A DNA stretch of 64,000 nt from Antechinus flavipes. Its lineage: Eukaryota. The notes under the pieces were generated by a model, which was given only the letters and a program-made list of their open reading frames with translations, ran no database searches and had not been told where the DNA came from. Location of the stretch: the NCBI RefSeq assembly GCF_016432865.1, contig NC_067398.1, forward strand, positions 724,222,001-724,286,000, in the 5' to 3' direction. Within the stretch, counting starts at the first letter, position 1, and the number at the start of each line of letters is the position of its first letter. The position numbers were made by a program, and so were the translations under genes. This document shows positions 1-12,142 of this stretch, piece after piece.

Positions 1-99
1 CCAGAGTCCTGGCCAGTCAATCTTACTCTCCCATGAATAAAATATTAAAAACTCTCTAATCTCTCTCCTGCCTCAGTTTCTCCGGCATTACAAGGGAAG

Positions 100-840
100 G
101 GAGAAAGGGGGGAGGAGCAGAAAGGAAGGAGGGGAGGGGCGGTGCCACCAGGACCTCTGCCCCACTTCCCAGACCAGACAACTGAGGCAAGGAGAGGAAG
201 CAGAAGCGAGGGAGGGGCGGGGCGGAGGTCTCAGGCACTTCACCTTGTCCCGGACCAGCGCTGCCGCAGCCGCGGGACCGAGATTTTAGTGGTCTCCAGA
301 TGGCTTCCAGATAGAGGAAGCACAGTGGCTCACTGGGCCGGGGGCGCACCCGCGGGCTGGCTTCCCGAAGCGGGGCGTCCCCAGGCCCCGGCCCTTCTCC
401 GCGGGCTGCAGTTGGGAACGGGGGAATTCGCCCCTTCCGTATTTTCCTTTCCGCCGGGCCTGGAACTTTGAGCCAATCAGAGGCGCCGAAGCTGCCGATG
501 TCCCGCCCCCGAGGCGCCCCTCCAGCGCCCCGCCTTCACTCCTGGCAGTTTTGGGGGGACTCTAGCTCTCGCGGTTTTGTTCAGCGATTCTCCGGGTGGT
601 CCGAGGCTGAGTCACTAGACGAGGGGTGAAGAGAGGGGCGGTGAGGACGGCCCCAAGGCGTGAGGGGGCGGGGCCACAGGGCCACGCCCCAGAAAATTTC
701 TATGCCGGGCAGTTCAGGGATACAACTGTCCTAGAACTTCAGTAGCCGAGACGTAATAACCCCGCGTACGCAGCAATGCCATTGGTACGTAGTAACCTCG
801 CTGATACGTAATAGTCCCTTTGACGCGTAAGAACGCCGCT
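100..840 (-). promoter_or_regulatory. Unit 0: CpG-island promoter and non-coding exon 1 (ends at 244, donor AG|GTGAAG) of a KZNF paralog continuing beyond the left edge
   Basis: Colinear similarity to the promoters of genes A, B and C; CCAAT box (agccaatcag ~470), GC boxes, tgagtca; CpG-rich. Confidence 0.8.
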
Positions 841-1901
841 GACACGTGGTACACTAGGGGGTTTGTGGTTGAGCCCCTAAAGCTCCAGGCCCGACGGGAC
901 TCACACTCTCGGAAGCGCGGCCCTGTTCCGCTTAACGCGCTGACGCTCGCCGACAGCCATCAAGTCCCCGCCCCCGCCAAGGCTGATTCACGGGATTAGG
1001 GGACAGAGGCGGACAGAAAGGGACGCGGGTGCGAGACCCAGCTGAGCCCGGCTCCCCTCCCCTCCCCCACTTTCCCTCCCGCCTCTCCAGGAAACCCCCC
1101 GGGCGCCGCTTCTGGCTCCGGACTTCAGGTTCAGGCTTTCCCCTCGCCAGCAAACCGCGGCCTCGGCCTTTCCCACACCGACCCTCCCCCCGCATCTCAA
1201 ACAAGCGTCATCCTGTAGTTGCAGCGCCCCCCCGGGGTGGGAGGAGAATAGGCAGGTCCTGCCGCCCTCCCCATCCCCCGGCCGCATCCTTTCTGCTGCA
1301 TTTCCTTCCATTTGTTCTTCGGGGCCACTGCAGCCTCCGCAAGGGCGGCTCTTGACGTCAGGAAAAGCAGCCCCTGACCCGGGAGCAGAGGGACCATTTC
1401 CAAAGCGCTGTTGGATCGGGGCAGTAACGGGGAGCCACGGGCGGGCACTGAAGAGTGGGGTGACCTAAGCAGAACCGGATCTAAGGAGGTCGTGGTCACG
1501 GCTGGGGGAGGGAGGGCTCCGGGGGAGACCGAGGCCCGAGCACTGGGGGAAGGAGAGTCATAGCAGACCATGAGCATCCAACAAAAACCCATTTGCGATT
1601 CCGGGGGTCCTTCCCTGAGCCCTCGGGACCGGTCCCTGCCTCGGAAGAGCCGCTCACCCCGCTGGGGAAGAGGGCGTCCCCCCGAAGGTGCTCAGAGACC
1701 GCGCGCCCCGTCCCAGCTCTCCCTCCTGCTCAGCCTCGGCCTGGAGCCTTTTGTAGTGGGAGAATTTCCCAGAGGGCGTAGCTGCTCTCCATGGCATTCT
1801 GTTCCCATTAAAGGAGCTTGACACAGGGCTCAGAACTCAAGGTAAAAGGCAGGGAAGCACTCAGCGCGGTTTCACTCCATTGGAGACTGGGAAAGCTCCA
1901 G
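821..1901. promoter_or_regulatory. ~1.1 kb CpG-rich upstream module (second promoter-like block), copy 1
   Basis: Near-identical to 42030-43098; partial copies at 29160-29478 and, inverted, 54238-54990; contains a CRE TGACGTCA at ~1353. Confidence 0.6.
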
Positions 1902-2062
1902 ATTATTATAATTCCATATAGTCATGTTGTAAAAGAAGAAACAGACCAAAGTAAAAAAAGGCACGAAAAAAAAGAAAGTGAAAATATACTTGAGTTGTAA
2001 ACAGAGAAATATCAGTTTTTCTCTGGGAATATTTTTCATCACAAATCCTTTGAAATTGTCTT

Positions 2063-3333
2063 TGTACAAAAACTTTTCAATTTGATATAATCAAAATTTT
2101 CTATTTTGTGATCAATAATGGCCTCTAGTTCTTCTTTGGTCACAAATTCCTTCCTCCTCCACAAGTCTGAGAGATAAACTCTCCTATGTTCTTCTAATTT
2201 ATGATCTCATTCTCTTTGCCTGGATCATCAACTCATTTTGACCTTATCTTGGTGTATGGTGTTAAATGTGGTTCAATGCCTAGTTTCTGACATAGTCATT
2301 TCCAATTGAAATTGTCTTTGAAGGATATGGACAATTCTTAGACAAGAGAAATTGAAACTATTTCTAGCTATATGAAAAGATGCTCCAAGTCATTAGTAAT
2401 CAGAGAAATGCAAATTAAAACAATTCTGAGATACCCACTATACACCTGTCAGATTGGCCAGAATGACAGGGAAAGATAATGCAGAATATTGGAGGGGATG
2501 TGGAAAAACAGGGACACTGATACATTGTTGGTGGAATTGTGAACACATCCAGCCATTCTGGAGAGCAATTTGGAACTATGCTCAAAAAGTTATCAAATTG
2601 TGCATCCCCTTTGATCCAGCAGTTTTTCTACTGGGCTTATATCCCAAAGAAATCTTAAAAAAGGGAAAAGGACCTGTATGTGCACAAATGTTTGTGGCAG
2701 GTCTCTTTGTAGTGGCCAGAAACTGGAAACTGAGTGGATGCCCATCAATTAGAGAATGACTGAATAAACTGTGGTATATGAATGTTATGGAATATTATTG
2801 TTCGGTAATAAATGACCAGCAGGATGATTTCAGAGAAGCCTGGAGAGACTTACATGAACTGATGCAGAGTGAAATGAGCAGGACCAGGAGATCATTATAC
2901 ATTTCAACAACAATACTATATGATGATCAATTCTGATGGACGTGGTTCTCTTCAGCAATGAGATGAACCAAATCAGTTCCAATAGAGCAGTAATGAACTG
3001 AACCAGCTACACCCAGGGTAAGAACTCTGGGAGATGACTAGGAATCATTACATAGCATCCCCAATCCCTCTATTTTTGTCCAACTGCATTTTTGATTTCC
3101 TTCACAGATTGAGTACAGCAAAATAACTGTTTGGACATGTATACTTATATTGTATTTAATTTATACTTGAACATAATTAACATGTATTGGTCAACCTGCC
3201 ATCTGGGGAAGGGGATAGGGGGAAGGAGGGGAAAAATTGGAACAAAAGATTTGGCAATTGTCAAGGCTGAAAAATTACCCAGGCATATAACTTGTAAATT
3301 TAAAAAAACTATAATTAAAAGAGAAAAAAAAAA
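2063..3333 (+). mobile_element. 5'-truncated, 5'-inverted (twin-primed) L1 with poly(A)
   Basis: 2063-2307 is the reverse complement of L1 ORF2 3' sequence (cf. ~50790-51036); 2323-3333 is the sense ORF2 end (HCWWNC motif) plus 3'UTR and A-tail; flanked by the gaaattgtctttg(aa) duplication. Confidence 0.85.
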
Positions 3334-3633
3334 GAAATTGTCTTTGAATACAGTATGGAAACTAGCCAAAACTCTGAAAAGGTACACTTGAATCACAGCA
3401 TGGTGCTTATGGCTTTGTATGCTTTGTATGGTGAAGGTTGGAAAGGCAGAAACAAAGCAAGAATGCAAATGGAGGATTTTATCTATGATCATGGCACACA
3501 GGAAGGGCTCAAACCACTGGGACCTGGTGACTGAAAGGTCTCAGATGCTCTGAGGTTTGAGAACTTTGGAGAAAGGGCCTGTCTGCACTCTAGAACCTAG
3601 GACACCTGTCAGGAAGAGGATGGTTCCACTCAT

Positions 3634-3716
3634 CTGGGGGCGCCTAATGGCAACATAGGGGCCAAGATGGCCCTTTTCTCCCTTGCATGGGGCCTGTGGG
3701 GTCCCTGAAGACTGAA
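3634..3716 (-). pseudogene. Unit 1: decayed start exon of a KZNF paralog (no KRAB/ZF exons remain downstream)
   Basis: Paralog of 23586-23672; acceptor AG>GG, donor GT>AT, 4-nt deletion (83 vs 87 bp); homology to the other units stops at ~3390. Confidence 0.8.
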
Positions 3717-5299
3717 CCAGAAAGGAACAAGGAGCCACAAAAAAGGTTGGTCTTTTGCCCCTTCCAGCTCTAAAATCTCCCTCTGCTATGGAAAAGGGGT
3801 CAGGGGAGAGGATAGTGTGAAGATGAATAAGAAGGGAGGGAATGTGGGAGCTCAAGATCATCCATGTCAGAGGGAGGGATTTGGGGAGCGGAAGGGGAAA
3901 GAGGAGAAAGAGTGTTTGGCTCAGAATGATAAGTGGTCATCATTTATGAAAAAAAGCTGGAGAGATCTCTAGGAGCAAAGCAAAAGTTTATTGTACATTC
4001 TCGAGAGAAGGGGATATCCCTCTCTTCCAGCAAGCAATAGGAAGGAGGAGGCATATGTTTGACACTTTAGTTCCTAAGATAAATACCCCTCCCACCATTA
4101 CTGACCATCAACCTCACTGGGTGAGGGTCTCACATTCTAAATGTAGGAACTACCCAAGAAGTTGAACTTGGCCAATAAGTGCATAGTTGCCCATGTCTGA
4201 TTGAAGTAGGGAGAAAATGAAGTCATGGGAGGAGAGCAGGAAGGGGACTTAGGTATGTCCTTGAGTCAATGCGCAAGGATCTTCAGGCCTCTATTCCAAG
4301 CGAAGGAGATGAAGCCTTACTCGATTTTCAGAACTGTCTTGAGGGATATCACCTCATCTCGTTCAGTCCCCTCTTCTTTGTACCGCGAGATCTCTTCAAT
4401 GTGTTCTACCATAACTTCACATTCCCTAATTCCTCATCCCCTTCTGGCTCCTGTCAGTCTTCCTGGGGCACTGGCTCCCACCCTTGTCTTTTTAGCACCA
4501 ACAATCTAACAGACCCTTCAGCTTTCCCTTCCCACCTAATCATTTTGAATAATGAGTTTTGGACTTGTCTAGTTATCAGTCAGATCCCGTGCCATAGCTG
4601 TCTGTCTCTACAACTGCTTGAAGTCTAATTGTCCTGTTCAACATAAATATTGGGGTCCTACATCCCCAACTTCCATTTGGAGCCCAGGTGGCTGGCCCAT
4701 ACTCTTTAACGATTCTATCTGGGGCCTGTATCCCCCCAACCATTTGCATCTCCAGGCTGGGTAATGGAGGTATCTAAACTCCATTTCCCTCTTCCCAAAT
4801 CATCACACAACTGAATCCCTAAAGATTCGTCTGCCTGTTGAGGAAGAAGGAAAAAGCTTGGCTTTGTTACTTCAATATAACAGGTCCTGGCCGATTAAGA
4901 CATAGGTGACTACACTGCGAGGTCAAGGTGAAATTCCTAGGGGGAAATACACCAGCCCCCAAATAGGCAAAGAGGCCTGAAGTGATGTAGAAAAGTAAGA
5001 AGAGCATTACAGACACTACAATGCACTGGGAGCAGAGACTGTTCCCATTCAGTGGAGGCCCCTTCCTCAATCGTGATTTGAGGTCTCCCTTATCTTCCAC
5101 TACCCACTCCCACAAAGGTGGGGTCCTCAGGTGTTCTGGTATGGTGGGTCCAGCCTCGTTACTGGGTCTCGATCGCAGGGTCTGAGGTCAGTATCAGCTG
5201 GGAGGGTCAGTCCCAGCACAGAGTAACTTCTCATCCTTCCAGGATTGGATCAACACCCAATCTCCAACCTGAATTCTATGAACAGGGAAACCTAGAGGA

Positions 5300-8030
5300 G
5301 GAGTCTGAGCTGTTAACCCTTTTATTGTAGCTCTGGTAAATGTTGTACCAATGATTTAACGTATCTCTTAGGAAATACATCCTTTGGCGCTAAAATAGGG
5401 TCCCAGCTTCCCATATGATGAGCCTGGAAAGGATGAACGTACAATAATCCATCAGGTGAAAGCCCAGCATCTCTATGTGCCTTGGTCCTGGTTCTGACCA
5501 GAGCGAGAGGAAGGCACTGAGTCCGGGGCAGTTGGGTCTCTAAAGATAATTTGGTCAGTTTTACTTCTTGATTCCTCCTTCCTACTTTCCAGAAGAGGGA
5601 GGATGCCAAGGAGTGAGGAGATCCCGAGTAACTTCTAAGACCCCAATCAGGTTCTGCAATACTTGAGCCAAAAACTGTGCTCCCTGATCCGGGTCTGTCC
5701 TCTCCGCTTCTCTATATCTGGGAGCAACTTGTTCTAATGAGACTCACTTAACTGTCCAGGCAGGAGCCCGGGTTCAGGGGAATGCCTCCACCCAGGAGGT
5801 CAGATGATGCTCTAGGACCAGCAAGTATTTGAGGCTCCCCCTGGTGGCAGCTCAGTGAAGTCCACGCGGGTGCTTGGGAATGGTCTGGTTCCCGGAGGTC
5901 GCCCCCCCTCCCGGGACCCGGCTTTGAGCAGCCTTGTTAGTCCTTCCACAGACGAGCCGCCGGCCACCACTAGTCAGGCCATGGTACGTAAGGCGGGGGA
6001 AACATGGCCTGTGAGCCCAGCATCACGCAGTTGGGGCAGCCCAGTGACTGCCCTGGTGCAGCTGCTGAAGGGCCTGCCTCACACTTGCTTTGGTCACTAC
6101 CTCTCTGCCATCAGCTAAGAGCCCTGGTCCTTCCGGTTCTCAGCTGCTCCCGGAGTCGAGGGCTTCTCTTTTGCCTCCTGGGTAAGACTGGGAGAGGGCA
6201 GACTAGGGAGGACAGGTACCAAGGCCATGAGGGAAGGAATCTCCTGGTCTCCGGCTCCCTCGGCCTCCTCATCTGCTCATCCACTTCCCCTTGCCTCAAA
6301 AGCATCCCCCTCTGCCGTCCCTTACCCTGTGACCGCTCCGCTGCGAGCAGCCAGAATGGTTCCCAGCGCCTCTGACTAACGTGGGGGGGACCAGTTCTTC
6401 ACCCTTATTATCTGCAAACCCTCCTTCTTCCCAGAGTTTCCAAATACATGCACCGCACCCCAGGCTAGTTTCCAAGTGGGGAATAGATTCCCATTCAGTC
6501 CCTCCATAACTTGCTTGATTGAAGACATACAGTGCCGAGGTGGAGCTGACCAGTGGGCAGGTGGACTGCCCTTGGCCACAGTGGAAGTTTTGTCTCCATC
6601 CACAACAGCAAATCCATTTTCCTTTTCCCATCTACCTTCCTAGAAGAGCCATCCATAAACCAATTTGCTCCCCCAGGTATTGGGGATTCCTGTAAATCCT
6701 CTCTTTCTTTTGTGTGGAAACCAATGAACTCTAAGCAACAATGTTCCTCTCCGGGGGATGGTTCTGTTCCAGGGGACAGAAAGGAGGCAGGAGGAAGATG
6801 GAAGGAAAGCCCCTGGTCTTCTCTGCCCCTCTCATTTGAGCAAGAACTCCCAGAGCCAGCCCTCCCTCAACACTGACAAACAGGTGCAAAGGTTTTTCCA
6901 AGGGGGAGAAAGTAAAAAAGGCCTTAATTCCTGCTCTCTCTTGGTCCCACAAGATGGAACTGGGGCTTTCCTCCAGCAGGTGCTTACACAAGGCTTTGCT
7001 GATAGCAGCATAAGAACCCACCCATGCCCCAAAATGTCCTGCTAACCCCAGAAATCTGTGCAGCTCGCTCTTTGGCTTAGCTGTGGCCATATTCCCTCCA
7101 TTGTGGCAGACCGATCCCTTGCTGCCTTCACTAATCAAGTGCCCTAAATATCTCATTCCCTCTCCACAAAGTGCAATTCCTCCTTTGATGCTCCGAACCC
7201 CAATGCTCCCAGGAAATAGAATAGATCCATGCTCCACCTACTGGTGTGTTCCCTTGTCTCCCCCACTACTAGCAGCTCATCTCCATACTGCAACACCCAA
7301 GTTCCCATTACTGCTGGAAATCTCCCATGCAATGGTCAAGGATTCCACCACACAAATTCGGAGACTCAGTAGAGCCTCGGGGCAGGAGGCACCACCTCAT
7401 TTGCTGCTTCCTCCCAGTCTCTGGATCATCCCATTGGAAAGCAAAGGGGTTTCTACTATTCTCCTCTAAAGGGGCAGCTCCAGAATGCATCCTTCAGATC
7501 CAATACACTGAAACACTCAGCAGAACTAGGAATCTGGCCCAGGATGGTACATGGGTCCGGAACCACGGGGTGGGAAGTGAACATGACTTTGTTAATCTCC
7601 CTTAGATCCTGAACTAACCTGCATTTCCCATCCTTCTTCGTGGCAGGAATTAGGGGTGTGCTGAAAGATGAAAAACAGGGTTCTATTAATCCATTTCTCA
7701 ATGAGCCATGTATCACAGGCTGCAAACCTCTCCTTCTAGTGAAATCGGGCTTTGTTTGACTCTTATCCCCTTCACTAGGGGCTTTCAATGTGATTTTTAT
7801 AGGGGGACTGTGTCTGCTCTGCCTGGATTGACAGGTCCTGCCCAACCTCAGACTTTGTCCTAGTCTGTCCTTCATTCATTAGGGCCATTCTACTGCGGTA
7901 TATGCTGGGCCCATGTGGAATCAACATAATTTCTAGTTTAGCTATTAAATCTCTCCCCAGCAAGTTACTCCAGCTTCTGAGGAGCAGAAATCTGCCCGAT
8001 GTCTCCCTTTTCCCGTATACAAGCAAATGT
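5300..8030 (-). pseudogene. pol: ERV pro-pol remnants (protease, RT, integrase), frameshifted
   Basis: LLGRDL protease motif; RLVQDLREIN..VLDLKDAFW and FAFQW..LPRG..SP RT motifs; YLGH; integrase-like SDQG..PWHPPSSGKVGRRN and GLSPDGLLY. Confidence 0.9.
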
Positions 8031-8099
8031 TCTCCTTTAACCCAGAAATCACCAGGGTCTCCTTAGATAATTTAACCCCCTCAGGCAAACAGGTCCCAA

Positions 8100-9440
8100 G
8101 ATCTAGATGCCCCCGTGTCTACTAAGAATCTCCTGGTGGGGTCTCACCCTTATATTTACCAAGGGTTCCAGGTGGGAGTCTTTCAGGGCCCCCTGACTCC
8201 CCTAATCTTTATCAAGCTTAACAAGGGAACATATCTGCTGTTCCAGCCCCTGCCGGGGACAGTCTGTTTGTATATGCCCTACTTTTGGACATCCCCAACA
8301 TCTCAAAGGCTTTCTGTTGTCAGCAACAGCAAGCCTCCTGTTCCTTCCTCAATATCTCAGTCTCCTTTCCTTGGGGCTTTGTCCTGTGGGGTTTTTCTGC
8401 ATCCTTTGCAATTCCCTGCACAGTCTGGATGTGCTTTTGTTTCTCATCATCCCTCCAAACACGCCCCTTCGGGGCCTCCTCCAATAGACAGGAAAGGCTC
8501 TTATTATTCCATATTGTGATCCCAATTCGGATCTACTAAAGGGCATTTCTGTCAGCAGGGACTGCTCCTGCCCCTGGAGGGAGTCTGCTGTCCCACCCCT
8601 TCACAGCTGCTCCTCAAGGAGTCCCCTCTCCTCTTGTGAGAAGAGAGAATTCAAAACAGACATGAGTTCTCCCCAGGTGAAAAGATTAGGCCCCAGAAAT
8701 GGATCAAATTGTTCTGCCAGCCCGGTGGGATCTTCTGTTAGGGGGCTCCTTTCCTTCTTAAAGGTCCTGACTTCTGTGGCACCCAGGGGAGCATTCACAT
8801 ATTCCCTGAGCTCAGAGAACTTCTCTTAAAGAGACACAATTTGGGACTTGGGGTTTGGGGCTGTGGAAGAGGGTAACTTTGGATATCCCTTTGAACTTGC
8901 TCTTATTCTTCCTCAGGAAAGCAGAAGGCCCTTTGTGGGCCTGGGTGGGGTTAACTGAATTAAGGCCCGTGTCCTCAGGGCCCCCGAGGGGCTGCTGGAA
9001 TTAAGTCCTTCCCCTTTCAGGTCAGGAGGCCAAGGCTTCCAGAGGAAGGAGGAGCCAGAGGTAACAATGGGTCCCATGGCTAATCCCCTCTACACCATTT
9101 TCACTTTGATTCTTACTCAACTTTATGGGGCCAAAGAACCAGAGTCCAGTACATGTGATGAGCAGATTCTTGACTATTGACAACCAAATTTCGTTTTTGG
9201 CGCACCCAGTCTAAGGCAGCCACACTTAGGCCAAATAGAGCCTCCACCCACGCTGTTGCTAACCCAGACAAAACAATACCTGAGCAGCTTTCTCCTGCTT
9301 TTCCTTTATGTTTTGGCACTTTGTTCCAGTTACTTATCTCCCAAGGGACTATCTCTCGGCAATTTCTAATTCCTTTTTTCTCTTCATTTTTCTCCCAAAG
9401 GGATGGCCGGGATCCATTGAATTTGGATGGAATCTAAATT
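8100..9440 (-). pseudogene. gag: ERV gag remnants
   Basis: Capsid-like EDPTGL..TWGELMSVLNSLFSQEER; position upstream of pro-pol. Confidence 0.7.
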
Positions 9441-9861
9441 CCAAAACGCCCAAACATGTCAATTGTCACCACTAAACCTCAGTCACCCAAGAAGGCCGAT
9501 GCTGTCCTGCCCAGAGCGCCCCTCCAGAGTCTGTAACCGGACTCAAGGGGCTCACAGGGGGCTTACCGCTTTCAATAATCCCTAATGCAAACACCCCTCC
9601 CCCACTGACCATGGTCCTCACTGGCTGAGGGTCTCACATTCTAAACTACCCAAGAAATTGAACTGGCCAATAAGTGCATAGTTGCCCGTGTCTGACTGAA
9701 GTAGGGAGAAAATGATGACATGGGAGAAGAGCAGGAAGGGACTTAGATAAGCCCTTGAGTCAATGCGCAAGGACCTTCAGGCCTACTCCAACCCAAGGAG
9801 ATGAATTCTTGCTCCATTTCCACAACTGTCTTGAGAGATTTCACCTCATCTTGTTCAAGAG

Positions 9862-10650
9862 GAAATGGGAGAGGAAGAAAGCGCGAGTAGGGGAAAAGGA
9901 AGGAGCAAAAAAAGAGAGGGGAAGGGAAGGGAGAAAGAAGGGGAGAGGAGCAGAAAGGAAGGAGGGAAGGGGCGGTCCCCTCTGGATGGGGGAGGCTCTG
10001 CCCCATTTCACAGACTACACTACTGAGTCAAGGAGAGGGGGCGGGGGTCCCACTCACCTCGTCTCGGACCCAAGACCAGGGCTGCACACGTTAGGACAGA
10101 GACGTGAGTGGGCCCCAGTAGGCCCCCGGATAGAGGATCTAGAGCAACTTCCGCGTCAGCATTGTCGCTCACTGTGCCGGGGGCGCACCCATCGGCTGGC
10201 TTCCGGAGGCGGGGTGTTCTCGGACCCCGGCCCTTCTCCGTGGGCTGCAGTTGAGGAAAAGGCTGTTGGCAGCTTTCACACACACGCTCTTTTCCCGCCG
10301 CGCCTGCAGAGGCCGCCGCTGCGGCGTCCCCGTCACGCTTCGAGGCAGTCGCGCTCGCGTGGTTTGGTCAGTGGTTCTCGGGGTGGCCCGAGCTGAGTCA
10401 CGAGGGGAGGGGGGAGAAGGGAGGGGCGGGGAGGGCGGCCCCCAGGAGTGAAGGGGCGGGGCCATGGGCCCACGCGCCCAGGAATTTTCTGTAAGGGGCA
10501 GTTAAGGGACACAAATGTGTCCGATGACCTTCAGTAGCACAGAGACAACCCAGTGCACGTAATAACGCCATTGACTCACAATAGCCCCCTTGATACATAA
10601 TAACCCCATTGACCCAACAGAGCCATTGGTACATAGTACATTAGGGAGTA
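9862..10650 (-). promoter_or_regulatory. Unit 1: CpG-island promoter and exon 1 (ends at 10058, donor GAG|GTGAGT)
   Basis: Paralogous to the other four promoters; GC boxes; 19-bp repeat block at ~10555-10645. Confidence 0.8.
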
Positions 10651-10839
10651 TTTGGTCTTAAGTGGAGGGTGGACCGGATCCCAACGGCCTGGGCACTGCC
10701 AAGCTCATGACCTTTTTAGTTTGCTAAGACCACTAAGAGTCCTGCTTCAGTGAAGCGCCTGAGTGACCTTGTAGCAGGGGATGCTTACACCACTAAGGCC
10801 TCTGTTATGTTATGGAAGTTATGCATTAACTTTCTCAGT

Positions 10840-12140
10840 ATTTTTTCCAAATTACATTTTTAAATCATTTCTAAAAAATTGAGGTTCTCAATGGTCACTT
10901 TTCTTCCCTTATCCCCCCATCCCCACTGAAGATGGTAAGCAATTAATAGGTTGTATATGTACAATCATGAATGTAAAACATGATTCCATATTAGTCATGT
11001 TGTAAAAGAAGAAACAGATCAAAAGGAAAAAAAGGCACAAAAAGAAGTGAAAAATAATATACTTCAGTTTTAAAGAGAAAAATATGAGTTTTTCTCTGGA
11101 AATATAACATTTTTTTATGAATCGTTTGATATTGTGTTGTAATACTGTATAGCAGAGAATAGCTGACATGTCACCATACAATATTATTGTTACTGTTTAC
11201 AGTTTACAATGTTCTAGTTTTGCTCACATCACCTTCAGTTCTTGTGAGTGTAGGATTTTCTGGAATCTGCATGCTCATCATTTGTTACACTACAAATAGT
11301 ATTCCTTTGCATCTATATACTCTATGTTAAGTCATTTCCCAATTGATGGGCATCCTTTCAATTTCCAATTCGTGGCCACCATTAAAAAAAAAAAACTGAT
11401 ATGTGTGTGTGTGTATGGATGAATAGATCCTTTCCCTTTTTAGTTTTGTAAATCACTCTGGGAGACAGAGCACAGCAGGTATTGCAGGAAGGATACGCAC
11501 AGTTTTATAGTTCTTTGGGCATAGTTCCAAATTGCTTTCCTGAAGGGTTGGCTCAATTAACAACTCTACCTACAATGCATTAGTATCCCAATTTTCCTAC
11601 ATCCCCAGAATATGTTTCCTTTTTTTAAAAGATTAATAGTTTATTCTCCCACAATTACATGTAAAAAAAAATTTAACTTTTTTGGGGGTATTTTTTTTTT
11701 AATTTGAGTTTCAAATTCTCTACCCCTTTCTTCCCTCTCCCTCCCTCCCCCCCATTCCTTTGAGAAAACAAGTAATTTGATAGAGGTTTTGTATGTGCCA
11801 TCCTGCAAAACATATTTCTGTGTTAGTGATGTTGTGAAAGAAAACTGCCAAGAAAAAGAAAAGATATGCTTCAGTCTGCATTCAGACTCCATCACTTCCT
11901 TCATTGGATAAAAATAGCATTTTTCATCATGAGTCCTTCAGAATTGTCTTGGATCATTCACTATTGACCATTTGTTTATACTGTTGTACTGGTTCAGTTC
12001 ATTTCAATTCTCATCAGTTCATGTCTTTCCAAGTATATAGCATCGTGTTCCTCTCTTCTGATATCATAATAGTATTTCATCATAATCAAATACAATAACT
12101 TGTTCATTCATTCTCCAATGAATGGGCATCCTCTCAGTTT
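10840..12140 (-). mobile_element. Old L1 3'UTR-type fragments (approximate extent)
   Basis: AT-rich sequence recurring at ~1910-2050 and 53760-54230; resembles reverse-complemented L1 3' ends. Confidence 0.5.
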
Positions 12141-12142
12141 CA

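Larger units (their letters stand above)
3913..9857 (-). mobile_element. Class I (gamma/epsilon-like) ERV provirus, decayed, env not detected, in intron 1 of unit 1
   Basis: 3' LTR 3913-4365 (TG..CA, AATAAA at 3987-3992 on minus); PPT aaagaagaggggac adjacent at ~4366-4379; truncated 5' LTR ~9571-9857; 4-bp TSD agag (3909-3912 / 9858-9861); gag/pro/pol remnants. Confidence 0.9.

Noticed and set aside
1570-1821. 83-aa ORF conserved at 42762-43013
   Set aside because: Conservation is explained by the near-identity of the whole module; 3 of its few changes are non-synonymous; absent from the other copies
4380-4870. Retroviral env in the class I ERV
   Set aside because: No ORF, fusion-peptide, ISD or CX6CC motif; the distance from integrase to PPT is too short
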